Assembly (NCBI RefSeq): GCF_000196795.1
Contig: NC_014259.1
Span: 4,027,178-4,059,177 of the forward strand
Source: Acinetobacter oleivorans DR1
GTDB taxonomy: Bacteria; Pseudomonadota; Gammaproteobacteria; Pseudomonadales; Moraxellaceae
Reading direction: 5' to 3'
Length of the DNA: 32,000 nucleotides
This document shows positions 7,055-14,556 of this stretch, piece after piece (the stretch's first letter is position 1; every line of letters begins with the position of its first letter). The notes under the pieces are model-generated. The model saw only the letters and a program-made list of their open reading frames with translations. It did no database searches and was not told the origin of the DNA. A program made the translations under genes and the position numbers.

Positions 7055-9835
7055 TTACTCTATATCAATTTTTTCATCTTTAAATAAATGAAGTGATATC
7101 TCTTCTGGTTGGTAGGATTTAAATAGATCTGTATATCCTTTATCATCCGTACAACCTTCTACAATATCCCCATTAGGTAAGAAAGCGATATATTTATGAT
7201 TTGCAAAGTTATTGCCATCTTTATCTTGCAAAAAATATCTCAAGTTATATTTATTAATTTCGCCTAATACTGGCAATGCAGGAACATTAGCATTCGTACT
7301 CCCGCCCCCCATAAACAAATGCTGCCCAGCTTTTACCTCAAACTTACCACCTGTGGTCATAAAAATGCCCGAACCAGTAATTTTGACTTGAGAGCCGCCT
7401 GCGGTGAGTACAATTTCTTTGGCTGCGGTCGCTTCGATTTTGTCTTCAGTAGAAATCACCTGAACAGCTTTACGGGCAATTAAATCTGCTCCATCGCCTT
7501 GTGCTTGTATCTCAACTTTACCTTTGCCTGCATAGAGTCTTGCCCCTTCTTGCGCTGAAAAAAGGCTAATTTTATTTTGAGCATGTGCAATCAAGTTCTT
7601 TTGTGTAGACAGATTAATGCTGTCTCCAGCAGTTTGGTTTATCTGGCCATCTGCGCTTAAGTGAATGTCTTCGTTACTGCTCAGCGCGATGCTATTTGGG
7701 CTCGCTAACAACATAATCGCCTCTTTAAAGGTTTTGGCTTTTGCGTTGTCTTGCTGCTCAAGTTTTTCAATAAAGGATTTTAGGTTTTCTAAATTTTCTA
7801 AAGGGTCAGTTTGCTGATTTTTAGCAACTTCACTGAGTGCTTTGGCATTGTTAAGGCCACCGTCGATTTGTTGTTTGGCCTCATTTGCATCAAGGTGTAC
7901 ACCTTGAGCTTGATCCTGCTTGTGAGTACTAACAAGTAGCCCACTGCCCGCACGTACCGCGCCCCACTGGTCTGTTCTAAGTTCGAAGCCTTCACCACGA
8001 CCATCGCTTTCCGCCTTGTCTTTTGGATGGCTTAAGTTACCCAAGTTTAGTTGGCTTGCCGCATGACTGCTTTGTAGCTGGGCACTGATTTGCCCTGTGG
8101 TGTCATCAAAGCGTAGCTGGTTAAAGCCTTTACCGTCGACTTCTTCTGAGCGAATGCCGCTGAGCTTTTTGGTGTCGGGTAGCTGGCCTTTCTGGTCGAA
8201 CTGGGTTGGGTGACGTTCGGCTTCGTGAATGCGGCCGACCACAAACGGGCGGTCAATATTGCCGTCAAAGAAGTCGATCACCACAATCTCCCCCACACGT
8301 GGCAAGAAGCGCGCGCCATAACCCGCGCCTGCCCACGGGGTCAGCACATCTACCCAAGCCGAGTCAGTGTCATTGTCGTTACTGCCCGCTCCACCGTCAT
8401 GATTATGGTCGTCAGTTCGGGTAAACAAGAAGCGGACTTTAATGCGGCCCCACTGGTCAACGTGGATGCTTTCGCCTTCTAGCCCCACCACTCTAGCACG
8501 CTGCGGGTAAGCGGCCGGTCGGTGTTCTAGTGGGCTATATTCAGGCACAGCTTTAATGTTGCGTCGAACCACATTGAGTTCAGCAAAGTGGCGTTGTTCT
8601 GGGTTTTGGCTATCGAGTTGAGCTGCTTTGAGCTTGTCTTTTGGCAACAGACGCTCAAGTTGCTGTTGTAATTCTTTCGGTAAATTATTCTGGTTATAGT
8701 AGTGCTTGCTTAAGATTAAGAATTCTTTATCGGCACTGTCGTGTTGGTCGAGTTCTGGATGGTCATTGAGCTCAAACCAGTAACCTACTTGTGCATCACG
8801 GACGTTACCTGAAACCGTAAACTGTTTCGAACTTAGGTGATGATAAGCATTGATGTGCTGGTTAAGCTGTTCAATCTGGCTATTACCTGAAGCTGTGGCT
8901 TGGTCTTCGCCGTTTAAGTCTTGCATCCAAGCGGGGCTGACATGCCATGCATCTTCAAGGTTTAGGCTGGCATTGTCATAGTGTTCGCTGTGTTGCTGCT
9001 TACCTTGTACGCTGCCACTGCCTTCTTCTTGTTGTAGGGCATCGGCTTGCCAGCGTTGCACATGAACCGAGGTTGGCTGTAAACGGCGCTCTGCCTTGAC
9101 TTGGATAATGGTGTCGAACTGTTCTGTCGCACTGCTGCGCTGGTAACGTAGGCTATGGCGTTCAAGGGCTTGATAATTTTGGTTATCGTCAATTAAACGT
9201 AGCACTTGTGGTTGAATGGAAGCATTCGGGTCAGCGACCAAAAGTTGCGATTCATCGACCAGCCAGTTGATGCCCTCGCTACGCCACAAACGGGTTAAAA
9301 AGTCATAATCGCTTTCGTTTGACTGCATCACAAATGGGCGCACATCGTAGTCTTTAGTTAAGCCTGCTGTGTCGAGCGTCAGACTTGAGGCAAATAACGG
9401 GCTTTTGCCTTGCCATTCTTTAAACAGAATTTCGCTAATATCACGCACGCTTTTGTTCATAAACACGCGGCTATTACGACGTTTATGCCAAAGTGCAGTT
9501 GGATCTTTTAAGGTTAAGTTATAAATGGTGAGTGAGCCGTCGCTTTGGCCTTGGCTCGCTTCGGTAATAATACCTGTTGTTCTAAAAAACTGGCCTGCAT
9601 CCGTCACCTGATCGACAGCAACCTGACAGCCAATAAATTGTTTTAATGCAATATGCGCGTTTGTCGACAGACACAGTAACTCAGCAACGCTACCTTGGTT
9701 GAGGGTATGTTCACCCTCAATGCGTTGCAAGAAAACTTGCTGATTTAAAGACTGATTTGAGAATTGGATATGAACAGCGCGATTTTGTGAAACAAGGCCT
9801 AAACGCTCCAATATACTCGACACACTCATCTGCAT
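7055..9835 (-). CDS. vgrG: Type VI secretion spike protein VgrG
   Basis: A product of about 926-930 aa with a gp27/gp5-like core (WAGAGYGARFLPRVGEIVVIDFFDGNIDRPFVVGRIH) and a repetitive beta-helix C-terminal half. The start is ambiguous among TTG 9847, ATG 9835 and ATG 9829. Confidence 0.9.
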   Translation of the reverse strand: MQMSVSSILERLGLVSQNRAVHIQFSNQSLNQQVFLQRIEGEHTLNQGSVAELLCLSTNAHIALKQFIGCQVAVDQVTDAGQFFRTTGIITEASQGQSDGSLTIYNLTLKDPTALWHKRRNSRVFMNKSVRDISEILFKEWQGKSPLFASSLTLDTAGLTKDYDVRPFVMQSNESDYDFLTRLWRSEGINWLVDESQLLVADPNASIQPQVLRLIDDNQNYQALERHSLRYQRSSATEQFDTIIQVKAERRLQPTSVHVQRWQADALQQEEGSGSVQGKQQHSEHYDNASLNLEDAWHVSPAWMQDLNGEDQATASGNSQIEQLNQHINAYHHLSSKQFTVSGNVRDAQVGYWFELNDHPELDQHDSADKEFLILSKHYYNQNNLPKELQQQLERLLPKDKLKAAQLDSQNPEQRHFAELNVVRRNIKAVPEYSPLEHRPAAYPQRARVVGLEGESIHVDQWGRIKVRFLFTRTDDHNHDGGAGSNDNDTDSAWVDVLTPWAGAGYGARFLPRVGEIVVIDFFDGNIDRPFVVGRIHEAERHPTQFDQKGQLPDTKKLSGIRSEEVDGKGFNQLRFDDTTGQISAQLQSSHAASQLNLGNLSHPKDKAESDGRGEGFELRTDQWGAVRAGSGLLVSTHKQDQAQGVHLDANEAKQQIDGGLNNAKALSEVAKNQQTDPLENLENLKSFIEKLEQQDNAKAKTFKEAIMLLASPNSIALSSNEDIHLSADGQINQTAGDSINLSTQKNLIAHAQNKISLFSAQEGARLYAGKGKVEIQAQGDGADLIARKAVQVISTEDKIEATAAKEIVLTAGGSQVKITGSGIFMTTGGKFEVKAGQHLFMGGGSTNANVPALPVLGEINKYNLRYFLQDKDGNNFANHKYIAFLPNGDIVEGCTDDKGYTDLFKSYQPEEISLHLFKDEKIDIE

Positions 9836-10096
9836 TTTTATTATCAATCAAACTTATATTTAGGCCGCATTTTAATTAAAAAAAGACTAATCTGTCTATC
9901 TATACTCATTTTCAAAATGTAACTAGTCTAAATATGCAGTTTTAGGTTAATTTCTTATTAGATAGGTATTTAATCCGTAAAATTTACTCATTTTAAAGTG
10001 CTATAAACCACCCAAAAATATTTAATATTTTTCTTTTATATTCAAATAGATATTAAATAAATCAACTACTCAAATTAATAAAATTCAGGATGAGAT

Positions 10097-10789
10097 ATGA
10101 AAATAAAAAAGTCTGCTTTTTATATATTTACGGTGATTTTTTCACTTCATTCTCCTGCATTTGCTGAACCGAGTGTGGCCGATATTCAATATCGTGCAGA
10201 ACAAGGGCAAGCTGTTGCTCAATATCATTTAGGGATGATGCTTTTAAGCGGCGAACAAGGTGTGGTTAAAAATTATGAACAAGCGTTTAAATGGTTAACC
10301 GCGGCTGACCAAAATGGAAGCGTGGGGGCAAAATATAGTTTAGGAATGCTGTATTACACAGGTACGGGCGTCGAAAAAGATCCCAAGCGCGCTTTTGATT
10401 ATTTCACCAAAGCTGCGGCCAAGGGCCATGCTAAAGCCCAATATAACTTAGGGGTTTTATACGACAGAGGCGAAGGAACTGCACAAAATTATGTGCAAGC
10501 GTTTGAGTGGTTCAGTCGTGCTGCCAACCAAGGCTACCCACCCGCAGAATATAATTTAGCTCATCTATATAAAAAAGGTCACGGCGTTTCACAAAGTGAT
10601 GAGCAAGCCCTTAAGTGGTACACAAAAGCGGCCGAGCACAATGAAAGCGATGCTCAGTACAACTTGGCCCAGATGTATTTAAATGGTGAAGGCACGCCGA
10701 AAAACCTACAACTGGCAAAGAAATGGTTTCAGCAAGCTGCCGATGCAGGCGATGTAGATGCGAAAGAAATGCTTAAAAGTTTAGAATAA
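10097..10789 (+). CDS. Secreted Sel1-like (SLR/TPR-like) repeat protein
   Basis: Signal peptide (IFSLHSPAFA-EP) followed by at least five repeats of the form AQYxLGxxYxxGxGxxxNxxxAxxWxxKAA. Confidence 0.85.
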   Translation: MKIKKSAFYIFTVIFSLHSPAFAEPSVADIQYRAEQGQAVAQYHLGMMLLSGEQGVVKNYEQAFKWLTAADQNGSVGAKYSLGMLYYTGTGVEKDPKRAFDYFTKAAAKGHAKAQYNLGVLYDRGEGTAQNYVQAFEWFSRAANQGYPPAEYNLAHLYKKGHGVSQSDEQALKWYTKAAEHNESDAQYNLAQMYLNGEGTPKNLQLAKKWFQQAADAGDVDAKEMLKSLE

Positions 10790-10964
10790 GGCAGCCATCT
10801 CTATAATATTTTATTTATAAGATGATAAATCTCTATTATTAACAACATTACACTTACAACTTATTTTATTATTTATTTTTTCTAATTAAATATAAATATT
10901 AATCCTATTATTTTAAAAATAAATTTAGTTTTATTATTAAATCAAAAATATTCTAAATATTAAA

Positions 10965-10993
10965 TTGACGTAATTAAAATCACCGATTATTAT
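10965..10993 (+). promoter_or_regulatory. Near-consensus sigma70 promoter TTGACG-17 nt-TATTAT
   Basis: -35 at 10965..10970 and -10 at 10988..10993, preceded by an extremely AT-rich UP-like tract. Predicted start near 11000. Confidence 0.55.
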
Positions 10994-10999
10994 CTCGTT

Positions 11000-11227
11000 G
11001 CTGGCCTACATTGCCAGTCGGTTATGACAGACCGCGAATAACAAAGACGATGTGCAAAATTCTTATTTTGTGTGTCGGGAACTCGTTCGCCCCCTTTTTC
11101 TCTATGGTAGGGCGGAAGGGGGACACCTTTGTGTGTGCTGGTTCCTTTGTTTCCAGTCTGTCAACCCTCTTTCGTTCTACCACCATAAATTAATTCGCGG
11201 TAATCTGGTGGTAGGACTCCATTTTTT
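11000..11227 (+). ncRNA. Candidate structured non-coding RNA of about 230 nt; family unknown
   Basis: A GC-normal island between very AT-rich flanks. It has a 5' hairpin (CTGGC-ctacatt-GCCAG). Long-range pairing joins GACAGAC...AACAAAG (about 11026-11046) with CTTTGTT...GTCTGTC (about 11145-11162). Internal hairpins include CAAAAT/ATTTTG and CCCCCTT/AAGGGGG. A 3' hairpin pairs CTACCACCA (11177..11185) with TGGTGGTAG (11206..11214), followed by T6 at 11222..11227. The overlapping track ORFs lack ribosome-binding sites. Confidence 0.4.
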
Positions 11228-11320
11228 AAGGAGTTGGCCATGACACTTTTCAAACTTATTTCCTCTCTTATTTAACTATTTTATTTATTTAAAGTTTAGG
11301 TTTTCTATTTCCTAGTTTTT

Positions 11321-11365
11321 AAGTTTATAAGTTTATAAGTTTATAAGTTTATAAGTTTATAAGTT
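11321..11365. repeat. Octamer microsatellite (AAGTTTAT) x5 plus a partial unit
   Basis: Five perfect head-to-tail 8-bp units from 11321, followed by AAGTT. A degenerate unit, TAGTTTTT, sits immediately upstream. Confidence 0.9.
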
Positions 11366-11501
11366 AATTTATTTTAAAAATTTAATTAGTTTATTTTCCT
11401 ATATCTATGGGAGGATTAAATATTACCTGAAATTTATTTAAAACCTTAAAACCAATTATATTTTCATTCTACTCATAGATATAAATCATTATGAGAATAA
11501 T

Positions 11502-11786
11502 ATGACAATTTATAAACCTATTTTGGCTTTAAGTTTAATTCTAGGTAGCTTGGGTATTTCGGGCTGTAACTTACACACCCAACAGGATTTTGAAAAAATT
11601 TGCCTGTCAGGTGGACACACCCAAGCCAGTTGCGACTGTATTTACCAGCGACTTGAACAAGCTTACTCCCCTAAGCTCATGCAACGCCTAGAACATTTCA
11701 GTTTGCAAAGCCCTGTTCTCCCACAGGACTTTGCCCCTACTTTTTTCAGCGTCATGCAGCGGTCTAACAAAAATAGTCTGGGCTAA
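11502..11786 (+). CDS. Small lipoprotein, unknown function
   Basis: Signal peptide with lipobox (LGISGC). 94 aa. Confidence 0.55.
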   Translation: MTIYKPILALSLILGSLGISGCNLHTQQDFEKICLSGGHTQASCDCIYQRLEQAYSPKLMQRLEHFSLQSPVLPQDFAPTFFSVMQRSNKNSLG

Positions 11787-12007
11787 GCGGTTGGCTTATT
11801 TCCTCTATCTCTGTGTTGCAATGGTTTATTACTTTAAATCAGCGCAAAAAATTAAAGTCTGTTGTGGCACAGAGGCCTAAAGAAGAATATTTTTAAGAAA
11901 TTTGAACTCTTATAGTTTAGATATTTCTATACTCAGCTCGTTTTTAACGATAAAGTCATGTTTAATAAGTAGTATTTTTTAACATTAATATCATAGAGCT
12001 AATAAAA

Positions 12008-12358
12008 ATGAGTTTTTATACAGAACTACAAGTCCGTTATACAGATTTTGACACGATTGATTTATCTACTGAAAAGCAAAAAATTCTAGAAATATTAACT
12101 ATGTTAGCTGAAGGTGCAACTCATGAGGATCTCTATAATGACTTAGTGAGTGCCTTTGCTAATGGACAGGCTGACCTTAATATTGACCCTATTTATTGCG
12201 AAATAATAATAGAAAAAATTACCGCCCTATTTCCACATGCAAATTTTGAATGTCGAGGGTTAGGAGAAGAGTATTTTTATACATGGATTCTTTGTGTTGA
12301 AAATGGGCAGATTATTTTTAGCAGCAAGCCTTGGGAAACTGAAAATCCTTTTATATAA
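12008..12358 (+). CDS. Acidic cytoplasmic protein of unknown function (116 aa)
   Basis: Intact ORF from the track. It has no signal peptide and I recognise no motif. Confidence 0.45.
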   Translation: MSFYTELQVRYTDFDTIDLSTEKQKILEILTMLAEGATHEDLYNDLVSAFANGQADLNIDPIYCEIIIEKITALFPHANFECRGLGEEYFYTWILCVENGQIIFSSKPWETENPFI

Positions 12359-12383
12359 GAATAATCATACGTTCATATTGTTT

Positions 12384-12451
12384 TGTACGTTTTAACCTAC
12401 AAACTTTTAGGGATTTTGCGGATTGGCGATACCCTGCTTTTTTCCTATGAT
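12384..12451 (+). promoter_or_regulatory. GacA-box-like palindrome plus sigma70 promoter of Rsm-like sRNA copy 1
   Basis: TGTACG-TTTTAA-CCTACA at 12384..12401, to be compared with the GacA/UvrY box TGTAAG-N6-CTTACA. The -35 TTGGCG is at 12423..12428, followed by a 17-nt spacer and the -10 TATGAT at 12446..12451. Confidence 0.55.
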
Positions 12452-12457
12452 GAGTTC

Positions 12458-12587
12458 ATACAGGAACAGGATGTTCCGGAACACAAAACAACAATAATAG
12501 GTTCATGCACTAGGAGCGTGAGATACGACAGGAGTCATATCTAGCAACCAAATACGAAAAAGCCCAACAGGATGTTGGGCTTTTTTT
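12458..12587 (+). ncRNA. CsrA/RsmA-sponge-like sRNA, copy 1 (about 130 nt)
   Basis: There are six GGA motifs. Hairpin loops display AGGAU (stem GGAAC/GTTCC, 12463..12477) and AGGA (stem AGATA-c-GAC / GTC-a-TATCT, 12521..12542). The terminator loop also displays AGGAU (stem GCCCAAC/GTTGGGC, 12562..12580), followed by T7. Confidence 0.6.
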
Positions 12588-12620
12588 ATTGCTATTTAAA
12601 AATAATCTGAAAGAAAATTC

Positions 12621-13130
12621 TTATAGTGTTTTATTCACAACATACCTTTGAACTACTTGATCGGCATCAATTTCGGAATGAAGACGGCCATTGTTTGCTT
12701 GAATTACTTTTGCGGACGCTAAATTAGATTTATAACAATGTATATGTAATTCCGTTAGGCCTAACTTCCATGCCTCCTGAATCGTAAGCTCTAATAATTT
12801 TGAACCAAAATCATTTCTACGTTTAGAGGGGCGAATACCTAGACCAATATGCCCACCACAATATTGAATCTGTTTATTAAGTTTAGGTCGTAAGTTAGAT
12901 ACACCAATAATTTCACTGCCTTCTACTAACCAATATGTAATATTGGCAACATGTTCTTCCTGTAAAGATTCCCCATTTTCATACTCTCTTAGTTTATTCA
13001 AAAACGAATCAAAATTTGTATGATCAAAATCCATTGTCAAAGGGTAACGTTCTTCATCTGCTAATTCATTAATATAGTTGTTATAGCTCTCTTTAAACCT
13101 CAAATGAGGTTTTACCAACATAACGGTCAT
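12621..13130 (-). CDS. GNAT-family N-acetyltransferase
   Basis: Acetyl-CoA-binding-like core IGLGIRPSKRRNDFGSKLLELTIQEAWKLGL and a typical GNAT length (169 aa). Confidence 0.75.
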   Translation of the reverse strand: MTVMLVKPHLRFKESYNNYINELADEERYPLTMDFDHTNFDSFLNKLREYENGESLQEEHVANITYWLVEGSEIIGVSNLRPKLNKQIQYCGGHIGLGIRPSKRRNDFGSKLLELTIQEAWKLGLTELHIHCYKSNLASAKVIQANNGRLHSEIDADQVVQRYVVNKTL

Positions 13131-13302
13131 TTATTGATTACTCCCGATAAAATTGTTCTTTTTACAACCAAACTTAAACATAACATATTGTTATCAATAG
13201 CAACTCTTATTCTTCTCAACATCTTAAATGATCAGGTATAAAAGTAAGCCCCCCTCTATTCACACCCGTTGTAACTACAAAATGTCTCACACCATGTTTC
13301 AA

Positions 13303-13370
13303 TGTACGTTTTAACCTACAAACTTTTAGGGATTTTGCGGATTGGCGACACTCTGCTTGTTTACTATTAT
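13303..13370 (+). promoter_or_regulatory. GacA-box-like palindrome plus sigma70 promoter of Rsm-like sRNA copy 2
   Basis: TGTACG-TTTTAA-CCTACA at 13303..13320. TTGGCG at 13342..13347, a 17-nt spacer, then TATTAT at 13365..13370. Confidence 0.55.
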
Positions 13371-13376
13371 GAGCTC

Positions 13377-13506
13377 ATACAGGAACAGGATGTTCCAGAA
13401 CATAAAACAACAATAATAGGTTCAAGCACCAGGAGCGTGAGATACGACAGGAGTCATATCTAGTACCCAAATACGAAAAAGCCCAACAGGATGTTGGGCT
13501 TTTTTT
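13377..13506 (+). ncRNA. CsrA/RsmA-sponge-like sRNA, copy 2 (about 130 nt)
   Basis: Same architecture as copy 1, with five GGA motifs (CCGGA has become CCAGA). Terminator stem at 13481..13499, followed by T7. Confidence 0.6.
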
Positions 13507-13537
13507 ATGGTCATTTAAAAATGATATTAAAGCTAAC

Positions 13538-14113
13538 CTATAGCGGACTATGTGCCTGTTCTTGCTTTTTATGACGTATCCAACGTATTGCCAAAATAAC
13601 AGCAATAACCACCACAATCGCAACAAGCGCAGGAACTAACAAAGCTGAAACCGAAAGTAAGATTGCCCCAATCCACTCCCCTGTAGCAACAACAAAATTT
13701 CCTAAACCGCCTGTGGTTGCAGTTGAAACACCACGTGCAGCGACTGTACTCATTTGCACCACACCTGCCGTACCACCGCCCACAATAATCGCTGCCGCCC
13801 AACCTGCGAACTGTGACATTTCACCACTACTCACGGCCATGGTCGTTAACGTACCTGCGATCATGGCCGCAGGAGTCGCGACTGTGTCTAAGGCATTATC
13901 GACCCAAGGAATATAATAAGCGGCAACTTCACAGACTGTTGCCACAGCTAAAGCCAAGCAAACCGATGGCAGAGCTAACCATTCAAAACCCTTCGATGGC
14001 TCAAACCATCCCATCATTGTTGCAATGCTCATGACCAACAATGGCACAAACACCCGAAAACCGCAGGCAGCGCTCAGCCCCACGCCAATACATAAACCTA
14101 ATATAGTTTCCAT
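13538..14113 (-). CDS. DUF4126-like integral membrane protein
   Basis: Gly/Ala-rich polytopic membrane protein with GFRVFVPLL near the N-terminus. I prefer the start at ATG 14113 (METILGL), which has AAGGAA 6 nt upstream, over the track start at 14137. Confidence 0.65.
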   Translation of the reverse strand: METILGLCIGVGLSAACGFRVFVPLLVMSIATMMGWFEPSKGFEWLALPSVCLALAVATVCEVAAYYIPWVDNALDTVATPAAMIAGTLTTMAVSSGEMSQFAGWAAAIIVGGGTAGVVQMSTVAARGVSTATTGGLGNFVVATGEWIGAILLSVSALLVPALVAIVVVIAVILAIRWIRHKKQEQAHSPL

Positions 14114-14174
14114 AACGGTTTCCTTTTTCATGCCCATCGCGGGTCTTGTTATGTAAGTCTTATTTTAAACTAAC

Positions 14175-14204
14175 AAAAAGCCCCATCGGGTGACAGGGCT
14201 TTTT
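14175..14204 (-). terminator. Probable bidirectional terminator between the zinc-ribbon gene and the DUF4126 gene
   Basis: AAAAAGCCCC-atcgggtgac-AGGGCTTTTT: a short GC stem flanked by an A-run and a T-run. The stem is weak. Confidence 0.4.
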
Positions 14205-14235
14205 GTTAAATGCGAACGCAAATATTATTTTATTC

Positions 14236-14370
14236 TTAACGTTTAAACTCAGTGCAATAGCATTTAGTGCATGGTGGTAAACGATCTGTATTAATTTCTA
14301 AAAACACTCTCTGGCCACATTGAGCGCAGAAATAGAAGCCTGTTCCGGGTTTTTCGCCAGCTGTTACCAT
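14236..14370 (-). CDS. Small zinc-ribbon protein (44 aa), not in the ORF track
   Basis: Manual translation gives MVTAGEKPGTGFYFCAQCGQRVFLEINTDRLPPCTKCYCTEFKR. It has two CxxC knuckles, and AGGAA lies 8 nt upstream of the ATG. Confidence 0.55.
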   Translation of the reverse strand: MVTAGEKPGTGFYFCAQCGQRVFLEINTDRLPPCTKCYCTEFKR

Positions 14371-14406
14371 GATTGCATTCCTATAATCGTATAGATATTA
14401 AACAGG

Positions 14407-14434
14407 AATATAACCCACTTAAAGTGAATGTCAA
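14407..14434 (-). promoter_or_regulatory. Candidate sigma70 promoter for the zinc-ribbon gene (TTGACA-16 nt-TATATT on the minus strand)
   Basis: The reverse complement of 14429..14434 is TTGACA, and the reverse complement of 14407..14412 is TATATT. Confidence 0.4.
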
Positions 14435-14482
14435 TTGTCCATTTCGCCCGATGATGATGGCATAAATGCAAAAAATGTTATT

Positions 14483-14550
14483 TGTACGATTTATCTTACA
14501 AACTTTTAGGGATTTTGCGGATTGGCGACACCTTTCTTTTTTCCTAAGAT
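14483..14550 (+). promoter_or_regulatory. GacA-box-like palindrome plus sigma70 promoter of Rsm-like sRNA copy 3
   Basis: TGTACG-ATTTAT-CTTACA at 14483..14500; the right half matches the canonical CTTACA exactly. TTGGCG at 14522..14527, a 17-nt spacer, then TAAGAT at 14545..14550. Confidence 0.55.
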
Positions 14551-14556
14551 GAGTTC

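Noticed and set aside
7798-9192. Five short ORFs inside or antisense to vgrG (7798-8004, 8047-8268, 8206-8424, 8210-8482, 8962-9192)
   Set aside because: They are nested in the 930-aa VgrG frame and have low-complexity, Arg/Ser/Pro-rich products typical of off-frame translation.
11011-11243. Two overlapping plus-strand ORFs (60 and 63 aa)
   Set aside because: They have no Shine-Dalgarno sequence and Cys/Phe-rich nonsense-like products. The region is better explained by extensive RNA secondary structure downstream of a strong promoter.
11321-11365. The octamer repeat as a CRISPR-like array
   Set aside because: The units are 8 bp, directly abutting, with no spacers. It is a simple microsatellite.
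12447-12497. Conserved 15-16-codon micro-ORF (M)MSSYRNRMF(R/Q)N(T/I)KQQ present in all three repeat units
   Set aside because: Its ATG lies inside the predicted -10 hexamer, upstream of the predicted transcription start. It has no RBS. The inter-copy differences are mostly non-synonymous. Its conservation is explained by the RNA and promoter elements.
12621-13130. The GNAT gene as a toxin of a GNAT/RHH (TacT- or KacT-like) toxin-antitoxin pair
   Set aside because: No small antitoxin ORF precedes or overlaps it. The upstream 170 bp are non-coding.
13375-13626. 83-aa minus-strand ORF
   Set aside because: It runs antisense through Rsm-like unit 2 and its terminator and overlaps the 3' end of the DUF4126 gene. 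It has no RBS.
13569-14034. ORFs 13569-13802 (-), 13713-13916 (+) and 13813-14034 (+)
   Set aside because: They are off-frame or antisense products nested within the GC-richer DUF4126 membrane-protein gene.
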